64,000 bases of DNA from IMG/VR virus record IMGVR_UViG_2903405734_000002, positions 64,001 to 128,000 of that record. One strand, written 5' to 3'. The position numbers and the translations under genes are program-made. How positions within the stretch are numbered: position 1 is the first letter of the stretch; every line of letters starts with the position of its first letter. The notes beneath the pieces were generated by a model that had not been told where the DNA came from, ran no database searches, and worked only from the letters and a program-made list of their open reading frames with translations. This document shows positions 37,478 to 46,451 of the stretch, in pieces. This DNA is from a virus (taxonomy: Duplodnaviria; Heunggongvirae; Uroviricota; Caudoviricetes).

Positions 37478-38038
37478 TTATTTATTCCCGCTATCGCGGT
37501 ATAGACCCAGGGTTTCTATCTTCTCTCCCACTCTTTGAGTAACCATCCCTCTATATGGGCTCCCGCTCGCAACCGCATTTCGGATCATGGTGCTTCTTAC
37601 CTGCTTTGCCTCTTTGGCAACGAAAAGCTCCCATCGAGCCATGATGTCATCTGAACGATAGAATCGAGACCAGCCATCCTTGTTATCAGGCCCCATGAGA
37701 AAAACAATCTCATCTCCTGGCTGCTTGATGCTCTCTATGTAGTTAAGGAGATCCCATGTGTAAACCGCACCACCGCTGTATATGAGGTGTTCTAGTGGCA
37801 TGGGGATAACGGCATCAGGCATTCCAATATCACTGGCAAAGTCCACCAGCAGCTCGCACCTTACCTCATATGGGAGCATCTCTTTTGAAAACGCATGCTT
37901 GTAGCTTGGAACCAGCCAAACCTCATCTACATAGCTAAGAGCTTGCTTGATGAGGTCTTCGTGCCCTATTGATGGAGGGTTAAATGCGGCCCCGAGGATA
38001 CCTACTTTTTTGCTCATGTGCTGCTTTTCCTTGGTCAT
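37478..38038 (-). CDS. nadD: Nicotinate-nucleotide adenylyltransferase
   Basis: GILGAAFNPPSIGH (HIGH-like motif), V.LVP...H.F.K, YT..LL, FLMG.D, ST.IR. Confidence 0.85.
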   Translation of the reverse strand: MTKEKQHMSKKVGILGAAFNPPSIGHEDLIKQALSYVDEVWLVPSYKHAFSKEMLPYEVRCELLVDFASDIGMPDAVIPMPLEHLIYSGGAVYTWDLLNYIESIKQPGDEIVFLMGPDNKDGWSRFYRSDDIMARWELFVAKEAKQVRSTMIRNAVASGSPYRGMVTQRVGEKIETLGLYRDSGNK

Positions 38039-38055
38039 AGCTTATCGATGGATAG

Positions 38056-38147
38056 ATAGTATCACTTCCTGAACTATCTTTTCAATATCTGGTGTTTTTT
38101 TGTTGACATATAAACCCCCTTGGTAAATAATATCAAAAGTGAACTAT
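38056..38147. promoter_or_regulatory. Divergent nadD/pncB control region with two putative NrtR operators and TTGACA at 38103
   Basis: ATAGTATCACTTCCTGAACTAT (38056-38077, 22 bp) and ATAATATCAAAAGTGAACTAT (38127-38147). Confidence 0.7.
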
Positions 38148-38166
38148 CCCATAGAGAGACAAGATT

Positions 38167-39405
38167 ATGAACATGAGCCGTAATGTACTTCGCAGCATCG
38201 AAAACGACCAAATCATCCGCAGCCTGCTGGATAATGACGCATACAAGTTTGCAATGCAGCAAGCTGTTCTGCATCGCTACCCAACTGCTGATGCTGTGGT
38301 TGAGTTCCATTGCCGTAATGATGAAGATTTGACTCCCTACATCCCCGCTATCAGAGCACAGGTCGAAGCGGTTGCTACAATGAAGTTTACCGATGATCAG
38401 CTGTGGTATCTGGGTAATATCCGCTTCCTGAAAAAAGACTATGTACACTATCTGTCCATGTTCCACCTGGATGCTAAGCACGTACACATCTACAACAACG
38501 CAGGCAAGCTTGCTATTGAGATTCGCGGGCCTTGGGTGAGCATTATCATGTGGGAAGTGATGCTGATGGCGATCATCAGTGAGATCCGAAATCGTGTGCT
38601 GCACTCTGACAAAACCATTGATATGGCGCGTGAACGCATCTTCAAAAAGGTAGAGACCCTTGAGAAGCAGATCCGTGGCGAAGACATGACTGGCTTCCGT
38701 ATCGCTGACTTTGGTACTCGCCGCCGCTTCTCTTTCGATACCCAATTCATGGTCTCTGATTTCATGAAGCATGCCTTGCCTGATATCTTTATCGGTTCAA
38801 GCAACTACCACATTGCTCGGGAGTTGAAACTTACACCGATTGGAACTCAAGCACATGAATGGTTCCAAGCACACCAGGCGCTGGGTGGCTCTCGACTGGT
38901 TGATAGTCAAAAGGCTGCGCTTGAGGCATGGGTTCAAGAGTATCGCGGCGACTTGGGTATTGCTCTGACTGACTGCATCTGCATGAACTCTTTTGTGAAG
39001 GACTTCGATCTGTACTTCGCCAAACTGTTTGATGGTGTCCGTCATGACTCTGGCGACCCGATTGTTTGGGGTGAGCGAGCAATCAAGATGTATCAAGATC
39101 TGCATATCAACCCCACCACTAAGACACTGGTGTTCTCTGATGGCCTGACCCTGGACAAGTCCCTGGCGATTTATCGTCACTTCAAAGGTCGCATCAACAC
39201 TAGCTTCGGCATTGGAACCAGTCTGTCTTGTGACATCGAAGGCGTTAAGCCGATGAATATGGTTCTGAAAATGACCAAGTGCAATGGTGCAGATACTGCA
39301 AAACTGTCTGATTCTCCAGGAAAAACCATGTGCAAGAACGAAGGATATGTTAACTACTTGAAAGAAGTTTTTAACTATCAAGTGCTTGAAAAAGGTACTG
39401 ACTGA
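38167..39405 (+). CDS. pncB: Nicotinate phosphoribosyltransferase
   Basis: LLDND.YKF.MQQ, DFGTRRRFS, GTQAHEW, GVRHDSGDP, FSDGL, FGIGT, KLSDSPGK. Confidence 0.97.
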   Translation: MNMSRNVLRSIENDQIIRSLLDNDAYKFAMQQAVLHRYPTADAVVEFHCRNDEDLTPYIPAIRAQVEAVATMKFTDDQLWYLGNIRFLKKDYVHYLSMFHLDAKHVHIYNNAGKLAIEIRGPWVSIIMWEVMLMAIISEIRNRVLHSDKTIDMARERIFKKVETLEKQIRGEDMTGFRIADFGTRRRFSFDTQFMVSDFMKHALPDIFIGSSNYHIARELKLTPIGTQAHEWFQAHQALGGSRLVDSQKAALEAWVQEYRGDLGIALTDCICMNSFVKDFDLYFAKLFDGVRHDSGDPIVWGERAIKMYQDLHINPTTKTLVFSDGLTLDKSLAIYRHFKGRINTSFGIGTSLSCDIEGVKPMNMVLKMTKCNGADTAKLSDSPGKTMCKNEGYVNYLKEVFNYQVLEKGTD

Positions 39406-39586
39406 TTCTTCTTTGAACAGAAGAGAGAGAATCAAGGAATAGACAAAAGGGAGCAAGAGAAAAACTGGATATTGCTTCGCTGCGAAGCAGCGGAATGTCG
39501 AGATTTTTTCTTTTGTTCTCAATTATTGTAAATGGACAGTTTTGAAGTTTTTTCAAGTGCCCATTTTGAAAAATTTTGAGGTATAT

Positions 39587-41563
39587 ATGCAATTAATCGT
39601 TTCATCAGCAAGCCTGAACCTGATCCCGATGGACTTCGATGGCAACAAAACCAAAATAGAATCAGCTATTTACGATGCTCATAAGTCTGGCGCAATGCTG
39701 GTTGCACTGCCTGAGCTGTCTGTCACTGGATATGGCTGCGAAGACAACTTCTTGATGGGTGGTATTGCAGATGATGCGATTGATTCCCTGTTGAGTGTTA
39801 GCATCCCATCAGGCATGGTTGCTGCCATCGGACTGCCAGTTTTGCATTCAAATCGTATGTACAACACTGTTGCGGTGTGTGTTGGTGACGAAAACAACGA
39901 GCTCAAGGTTCTTGGCTTTGTTGCTAAGCAAAACCTGGCAAAAAGCGGTATTCACTACGAATCTCGCTGGTTCTGTGAGTGGAATAGTGGTGTTATCGAC
40001 TCCATTGAGTTGCCCAACGGTGATGTGGTTCCTTTTGGCGATTGCGTGTTTGATTTTGATGGTGTTCGCATCGGCTTTGAGATTTGCGAGGACGCATGGG
40101 TTGCCTCTCGCCCAGGCCGCAAGCTTTTTGAGCGTGGTGTTGATGTGATCATTAACCCAAGCGCCTCGCATTTTGCTATTGGCAAACATTCTGTTCGTGA
40201 GCAGTTTGTCAAAGAAGGCTCTCGCTCTTTTGGTGCTGCTTACATCTACTCGAATTTGTGTGGTTGTGAGGCTGGTCGCACTGTTTATGATGGTGGCTGC
40301 ATGATTGCGTCCAATGGAGACATCGTTGCAAAAGGCTCCCGCCTTCATTTTGGTGATGTGAGCGTGATTACTGCGACTATCGATCTACAATCGAATCGCA
40401 ATACCCATGTTATCAGCGGCATTCATGCTGACAACGAAAGCGTCCGCTTCACAGGGGTTAAAATCGCTTCCAAGGGCATCTTGGCCGAGACAGTGGCACC
40501 TACCCTCCCCTACCATCAGGCATGGCAGGAAAAGCCATTCATCGAGCATGAAGAGGCTTGCCGAGCCATTGCTCTCGGGTTGCGCGACTGGCACAAAAAA
40601 ACAGGCACAAGTGGCTTTGCCCTGTCCCTTAGCGGCGGCGCAGACTCAGGCTTGGTAGCAGCGTTGCTGTATCTGGCAAAATGCTATGACATGTACGAAA
40701 GCATGGGGGATGCAAGCAAGGGCGACATCGAGCAGCTTGTAGCAAATGCGAAGGCAGAAATGCGGGCAGAGCTGGATTGCGTGTATCAGGGTAGCGACAA
40801 TAGTAGCGACACCACCATGAATGCCGCCAAGATGATTGCAGAAGGTATTGGAGCATCTTTCTACAACTGGTCAATCTCAGACCTTGTTGAGGGCTATACC
40901 TCTCGGATCAACGAGATCAGTGAACAACCTCTCTCTTGGGAGAAAGACGATATCGCACTTCAAAACATTCAGGCCCGAGTGCGCTCCCCAGGTATTTGGA
41001 TGCTGGCGAATTGCCGCAACAAGTTGTTGCTCACAACTGGCAACCTCAGTGAGACAACCGTAGGTTATTTTACTATGGATGGCGACTCTAGCGGCGTGAT
41101 TGCTCCAATTGCAGGTGTAAGCAAAACTCGCGTTTTGGACATCCTTGGCTATCTGGTTTATGAAGGCACTTTGATGTCAAAAAACGAATCGCTCAAGATT
41201 CCTGCTCTGAAATGCATCATCTGCCAAAAACCAACAGCAGAGCTGCGACCAGAAGAGCAGTCTGATGAGGCCGATCTCATGCCGTTTGAGGTGCTGGATG
41301 AAATTCGCCGTCAAGTGCTGCTCAAGCGCCGCCGTCCAAAAGTTATTTTTGTGAACCTGTGTGCGATGTTTAAAGATTACACTCGTGAAGAACTGGCATC
41401 CTGGTTGAAGAAGTTCTACACCCTCTTTAACCGCAGTCAGTGGAAACGTGAGCGTATGGCCGCAGGCTTCCATATCGAGGCAGAGAGCATGGATTCTCGA
41501 ACCTTTAGCCGATTCCCCATGTTCTCAAGCGGGATCAGCAAGGAGCTTGATGAACTGCTTTGA
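39587..41563 (+). CDS. nadE: Glutamine-dependent NAD+ synthetase
   Basis: Nitrilase domain (PEL..TGY, K, ICED.W) plus LSGGADS, QNIQAR.R, TGN.SE, GY.T..GD; GAGG RBS before ATG 39587. Confidence 0.95.
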   Translation: MQLIVSSASLNLIPMDFDGNKTKIESAIYDAHKSGAMLVALPELSVTGYGCEDNFLMGGIADDAIDSLLSVSIPSGMVAAIGLPVLHSNRMYNTVAVCVGDENNELKVLGFVAKQNLAKSGIHYESRWFCEWNSGVIDSIELPNGDVVPFGDCVFDFDGVRIGFEICEDAWVASRPGRKLFERGVDVIINPSASHFAIGKHSVREQFVKEGSRSFGAAYIYSNLCGCEAGRTVYDGGCMIASNGDIVAKGSRLHFGDVSVITATIDLQSNRNTHVISGIHADNESVRFTGVKIASKGILAETVAPTLPYHQAWQEKPFIEHEEACRAIALGLRDWHKKTGTSGFALSLSGGADSGLVAALLYLAKCYDMYESMGDASKGDIEQLVANAKAEMRAELDCVYQGSDNSSDTTMNAAKMIAEGIGASFYNWSISDLVEGYTSRINEISEQPLSWEKDDIALQNIQARVRSPGIWMLANCRNKLLLTTGNLSETTVGYFTMDGDSSGVIAPIAGVSKTRVLDILGYLVYEGTLMSKNESLKIPALKCIICQKPTAELRPEEQSDEADLMPFEVLDEIRRQVLLKRRRPKVIFVNLCAMFKDYTREELASWLKKFYTLFNRSQWKRERMAAGFHIEAESMDSRTFSRFPMFSSGISKELDELL

Positions 41564-41591
41564 TTGCTCCCCGCAGCAAGCTGAGATGACT

Positions 41592-41621
41592 AAAAGAAAG
41601 GGGGCTTTGCCCCCTTTCTTT
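41592..41621. terminator. Bidirectional intrinsic terminator
   Basis: AAGAAAGGGGGC-TTT-GCCCCCTTTCTT. Confidence 0.85.
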
Positions 41622-42228
41622 ATTGAACTGCTGGCGTTGGCTCGCTGCTTTTTCGGTATGCGTGTTTTTTTATGAAAATTGATACTGCCTGCAATTCTAC
41701 TTCATTCTTGCTCATGAAAATGTCTTCTTGAATGCCTAGCCCTTTCACTAATCTCTCTCTCATGGAGGAATGAAGCTCTACAGAGGCGTCATGGTGGATG
41801 TGACTGGTCTCTATCTTCTTTTCATTGAAAAGGAATTCAGAAACCAGAAGGGATCTATGGCAGGTTTCAGGCATTTTCTCTGCACACATCATTGCAATTG
41901 AAAATCCTTTTTTTAATCCCTGCTCAATTCTTTCTATGCCAGACAAAAATAGATCGGTTTTGTTTAGGAGATCAAACCTCACCTGTCCTGTGTGATCATA
42001 ATGTGCATAATCCCTAGATCTTGGCCCAAGCTCAAGACCGAGATATACATATGCAATTCCGTTTGACTTTAAAAATGAGGCAAAGTCCTCTTTGTTGTAC
42101 TCATTAAATCTTGCAGAGTATGGCAGCGAGCGGACATCCGCAAGCGCGGTTATTCCGTTATGTTTTAGTGCAGATAAGAAATCTTCTCTTTTAAGATTTG
42201 CATATCCAATTGAGTGTAGTTTGGTCAT
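41620..42228 (-). CDS. DUF488 family protein
   Basis: SIGY.......F...L....I..L.DVRS.PYS...Y....LG.R...MCAEK.P..CHRS. Confidence 0.88.
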   Translation of the reverse strand: MTKLHSIGYANLKREDFLSALKHNGITALADVRSLPYSARFNEYNKEDFASFLKSNGIAYVYLGLELGPRSRDYAHYDHTGQVRFDLLNKTDLFLSGIERIEQGLKKGFSIAMMCAEKMPETCHRSLLVSEFLFNEKKIETSHIHHDASVELHSSMRERLVKGLGIQEDIFMSKNEVELQAVSIFIKKHAYRKSSEPTPAVQ

Positions 42229-42395
42229 TCAATGCCTTTTGTTGCTGTCGCCAGATTGCTGGCGATTGATTAAAACAACATTCTTTATAGGATATTATCC
42301 CCAAAACAACAAAAAAAGTCATTCTTAAGTTTAATTTTTTGATAATTGATTTTGAGTCGTGATATAATTAAACAAAATAATAAGAGAATATCAAC

Positions 42396-43955
42396 ATGGC
42401 AAAAAAACCCTATAGCAAAAGCAAAGCGAAAAAGAGCTATCTAACACCTGATCTTGTTAACAAAGTCAGCGAGGTTTTTAATGCTCTTATTTTTAAAGCA
42501 GCAAAATTTGATCCAGAAGAAGTTAAGCTTCTGACTCTTAATGCTTGGAATGAAGCAGTTGAAAAGATGAAGGCCGATGTATCACCATCTGTCATTAAAG
42601 ATGCTGAGGAATCTGTGTCCGTCATGTTCGATGCTGAGCCAGAGCAGTGGGTCGAAAGTGTTAACAAGACCCTGGATAAATACAGAAGACAGAGTGATGT
42701 AAGCCTTTCAAGAGCAAAGATTGACATGCTTAGAATGTGGCATGACATGGCTTATGGAGATCAGCGCTCTTTTGATATTCCATGGCTTAGACATATGACT
42801 GTGGGTGAAAAATTCATGCCTTTCTTTGAAAAGGATGAGCGTTATGTGTTTAAGGGATTTACAAACCAATCCATTCTAGCTTATGCGATTGAAGAAAGGG
42901 ATGGTGCTCATGATAATGTTGTTCTTTTTAAGGGCGAGCTTGAAAAGCTGCTAGCTCATGATTTTGAAAAAAACCCAGATGATCCAAAGAGCACTGACGA
43001 ACAGAGAAAATCTCATGTCTTTGGTAAGTTAAAAGGAATTCCTTCTCTGACCAGTCTGTTTGTTCCTAGTGGTTACACCACATGGGTAACAGAGTCGGGC
43101 CAAAAATGGGTTGGTGAGAACGGAGAGAAAAAACCCTCTGTTGAAACAATCATGAAAGAGAACTTGAAGGCTCATGAAAATAAGACATTCGTTTCTCATC
43201 CGGTTTGGACGATCTCATCTATTGAGCACCTAATCTCAAAAGATGCTGTCGAGGCTCTTGGTAAGCTTAGAGAAGTCAGAGCCAAAAAATCAGAATTCGT
43301 TCTTAAGCCAGAAGACACAGATCTGAATGATGTGATCGACAACCTCATTAATAAGCAGATTGAACAACAAAAAATCACTACTTATGAAGGTGGTAACGAA
43401 GCATTTTATAGACCTGCCCATGACACAATTCGCATTCCTACCAGGGAGCAGTTTGTTAACCCAGTAGCCAGGTATGCAACGTGGTCTCATGAGCTGGCAC
43501 ACTCAACAAAGCATATGCTGGGCCGTCCCGCTCTAAACAAATTTGGCTCTGTTCCTTATGGAATAGAAGAGGTTGTCGCAGAGTCGGTTGCAAACCTTAT
43601 GGTTAAAGACCTCCATGAAAAGATGACCGAGATCAGAGGTGGAAAACTTCCTGATGAATGGCAGGGTTTCTTTGATAACTACAGCAAAAATGCAACCAGT
43701 TATGGAGCTGGCTGGGGCGGGAAGTTTGACTTCAAGCAGCACTTTGAAAGAATCTATAACACCGATCAAGATAACAAGAGCAAGCAAATCCTATCAAAAA
43801 TGATGGGTGATGTGCTTAATGCGATGATGCTCATTAAGAATGGTGCAATCAATGATCTGGAAGTAACAACTGAATTCAGGAATGAAAAGCTCAAAGAAAA
43901 TATTGAAAAATCCAGAAGCAGGAGTGCAGAAAGAGACTCTGAGCCAGGAATTTAA
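42396..43955 (+). CDS. ardC: ArdC-like antirestriction protein (ssDNA-binding N-domain + zincin-like MPTase); tail ...RDSEPGI
   Basis: PW...F.G..N..L; A.YRP..D.I..P...QF; HELAHST.H...R...FG...Y..EE.VAE. Confidence 0.7.
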   Translation: MAKKPYSKSKAKKSYLTPDLVNKVSEVFNALIFKAAKFDPEEVKLLTLNAWNEAVEKMKADVSPSVIKDAEESVSVMFDAEPEQWVESVNKTLDKYRRQSDVSLSRAKIDMLRMWHDMAYGDQRSFDIPWLRHMTVGEKFMPFFEKDERYVFKGFTNQSILAYAIEERDGAHDNVVLFKGELEKLLAHDFEKNPDDPKSTDEQRKSHVFGKLKGIPSLTSLFVPSGYTTWVTESGQKWVGENGEKKPSVETIMKENLKAHENKTFVSHPVWTISSIEHLISKDAVEALGKLREVRAKKSEFVLKPEDTDLNDVIDNLINKQIEQQKITTYEGGNEAFYRPAHDTIRIPTREQFVNPVARYATWSHELAHSTKHMLGRPALNKFGSVPYGIEEVVAESVANLMVKDLHEKMTEIRGGKLPDEWQGFFDNYSKNATSYGAGWGGKFDFKQHFERIYNTDQDNKSKQILSKMMGDVLNAMMLIKNGAINDLEVTTEFRNEKLKENIEKSRSRSAERDSEPGI

Positions 43956-43965
43956 TATAGAAAAT

Positions 43966-43994
43966 AAAACACCCAGCTTAGCTGGGTGTTTTTT
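43966..43994. terminator. Bidirectional intrinsic terminator
   Basis: AAAACACCCAGC-TTA-GCTGGGTGTTTT. Confidence 0.85.
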
Positions 43995-44130
43995 ATTGGA
44001 AGTCTTTTTCCAATTGAGCAGATAGGGTCTCGTTTTCAACTGGGTTTTCTACACCATCTTGCTCTGGCATTAACCCCTGCTCTTTCCATTCATCATCGCT
44101 TTCAATATTCAATGCAACATCATGACTCAT
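43993..44130 (-). CDS. Unannotated 45-aa acidic protein MSHDVALNIESDDEWKEQGLMPEQDGVENPVENETLSAQLEKDFQ
   Basis: GGAG RBS 6 nt before ATG; stop lies at the bidirectional terminator; 13 D/E versus 2 K. Confidence 0.6.
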   Translation of the reverse strand: MSHDVALNIESDDEWKEQGLMPEQDGVENPVENETLSAQLEKDFQ

Positions 44131-44272
44131 TTTTTGCTCCAGATCACATTATGATGAATACATATTAGTTCAAAACTACCCATTTGGCAAGAAAATAGCA
44201 AATTGTTGACATAACTTTTTATGTTTGGTAGTGTTTTTGAGTTATTTATTAACTCTAATAAGAGGAAATGAG

Positions 44273-46372
44273 ATGAGTGATTTTTCTTTTGGAGATGGAC
44301 TTCCAGATGTCTTAACTGCCAATGGTGGTCATGAAATGCTTCAAGATTATCTTGATAACAACTCAATGATTTTTGATATCGTAAGGAAAATACTTCCAGC
44401 AGAAAAAAAGAAAACAACAAGAAAAAGACTTTCGCTAAAAGAAAGGGTTAAATCTGAACTAATAGATTTGATGTCAAAATACTCCATAAGAAAAAAAATA
44501 AATTTCTTTCTTAATGAAACGAGTGATTACTCTCGCTCACTCGAAGTATTCATAATGATGTCTGTAATGGAGACTCTTGGTTTAACTCCAGAGGAGATGG
44601 AAAACCCTATTATAGAGCTTTGCGATAAATACATATGGTTTAATCATATTGTAAGCGAGGCCGATGTTGAAAAAAGCAACTACATAGACTTCCATTGGAT
44701 TTTTAATTCTTTCGAATCCGTATTTGAGTTTATTGACTGCAATAAAAAAGCAGATAAAAAACTAACCGATTCAGAGTATGATTTAATAGCACTTGCCATA
44801 TTTGCATTTTCAAGCTGGAATGATTCAATACTTCCAGTTCTTGCTTTGATTGAAAAAGATAATGAGTTTGCGAGCAGATTTTCTTTTATTGGTGATTCTA
44901 TAGCTAGAGCAAGAAAAATAATAGACTTCTCCGGTCTAAGCGGTGTTTCAGATCTTGATTTTAAGCGAGTTACCGATAAGTACATCATAGAAAGATCTGT
45001 TGAAGACTTGCTTGGAATCATTGATGGCGATAAAAGCAAATCTCTTGGTGATATTCTTTTTATGCTTGAGACAAGCGGCAATATTGCTCCTATCTACTCA
45101 AGGAAGCTATTGGAAATACACAAGAAGGATGTTTGCGGTCTTGCCAATCATGGAATTGGAGAAATCGTTAGCTTTTATGAGGCTCACAAGAGCGTTCTTG
45201 AGGAGCCATTAAGAAATCAGAAAATAGATCCATTCCTGGCATTTAAGAAAAGTGAAGTTTCCAAGTTAATAGGAGGAATCTCTAATTTTCACGAGATGGA
45301 AGCCGCTATTAATTATACAGGCCGCGAGTATTTATTTATATATGACAACCTGAAAGAGCTATCCAGAATAAAAGATGAATTGACATCTATATCTGAAAAG
45401 AAAAAAGATCTTATGGCTAAGTCAGAGGATGGATTCCCTGACATGGATAAGATGAATAGCTTGTATTCATCATATCTGGAGTTAAGCCAGAGCTTCATAA
45501 AAGAGGCTACAAATCTATATCTAAAAACATACAGTATCGACAAATTCGAAGAGAAGCTTTGCGAAGCCAAAGAGCGACATCAAAAAAACGTAGATGAAAA
45601 AAACAATTTTATCTCCAATATGAGCAGGCAGCTTGGCGTTGATGACGTAGTTTTGACTACAAGTTCAGCTCATTCTGATGAAGATAAAAAAGAAGTCTCG
45701 CCAAAAAATGAAGGCAATGAAGACATGGTTCTTCTTAAGGAAGAATTACAAACTGTTTATCAGCATTGTGATGAGCTGGAGTCACAAATAAAAGAGATTG
45801 AAGAAAAGCTGAGAAATGAAGTCCAGAAAAATATTGTTTTGAGTGATGCAAATAGCAGGCTTAAGTCGTCACAAGCATCATCAGATGCGCTAGGGAGCGA
45901 AGAGGCAGAAGCCCTTAGAACGATTCTGATTTCACCATCTGATGCTACACCAGAGATGATTCTTGCCGCATATGGAGTGCTCTATAGAGATCGCCTGGTT
46001 GTCCTTCCAAGTGCATTTCGCTCGGCTTCTGGCTCATCTACCTTCCGGCAGTCTGCCCGCCTATCTAGGCTGATCGGCACTTTAGTGACAGAGTATCTGG
46101 ATGCTATAAAAGGCGGACAGCCTGACGCTCAAGCAAAAGCCATGTTTGGAGGAGCCTACTCAGCGAAAGAAAGCGAAACAGTAATTGGGAATCCAGAACT
46201 GAGATCATATCGTGAGTTTGAGGTAAACGGGGAAAAAACCCTTATGTTACAGCACCTTACAATTGGTGTTTCTAACTCTGCCTCAGATACAATTCGTGTT
46301 TACTTCAAAATTATTGATGGGGTTATTTACATTGGATACTGCGGCGAACACTTGCCTCTTAGGCAATCATAA
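44273..46372 (+). CDS. Large coiled-coil protein with conserved C-terminal alpha/beta domain (possibly RelE-like)
   Basis: GAGG RBS before ATG 44273; long coiled coil; C-terminal HL.IG......IR.YF......IYIGYCGEHLP. Confidence 0.75.
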   Translation: MSDFSFGDGLPDVLTANGGHEMLQDYLDNNSMIFDIVRKILPAEKKKTTRKRLSLKERVKSELIDLMSKYSIRKKINFFLNETSDYSRSLEVFIMMSVMETLGLTPEEMENPIIELCDKYIWFNHIVSEADVEKSNYIDFHWIFNSFESVFEFIDCNKKADKKLTDSEYDLIALAIFAFSSWNDSILPVLALIEKDNEFASRFSFIGDSIARARKIIDFSGLSGVSDLDFKRVTDKYIIERSVEDLLGIIDGDKSKSLGDILFMLETSGNIAPIYSRKLLEIHKKDVCGLANHGIGEIVSFYEAHKSVLEEPLRNQKIDPFLAFKKSEVSKLIGGISNFHEMEAAINYTGREYLFIYDNLKELSRIKDELTSISEKKKDLMAKSEDGFPDMDKMNSLYSSYLELSQSFIKEATNLYLKTYSIDKFEEKLCEAKERHQKNVDEKNNFISNMSRQLGVDDVVLTTSSAHSDEDKKEVSPKNEGNEDMVLLKEELQTVYQHCDELESQIKEIEEKLRNEVQKNIVLSDANSRLKSSQASSDALGSEEAEALRTILISPSDATPEMILAAYGVLYRDRLVVLPSAFRSASGSSTFRQSARLSRLIGTLVTEYLDAIKGGQPDAQAKAMFGGAYSAKESETVIGNPELRSYREFEVNGEKTLMLQHLTIGVSNSASDTIRVYFKIIDGVIYIGYCGEHLPLRQS

Positions 46373-46400
46373 GCACTAGATACCATTTTGGTATTTGCAT

Positions 46401-46429
46401 AAAGGCCCGCTTAACTAGCGGGCTTTTTT
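46401..46429 (+). terminator. Intrinsic terminator bounding the repeat array
   Basis: GCCCGC-TTAACTA-GCGGGC-TTTTTT, with an A run on the left. Confidence 0.8.
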
Positions 46430-46451
46430 AGAATTCCTCTCCAAGGGAATT

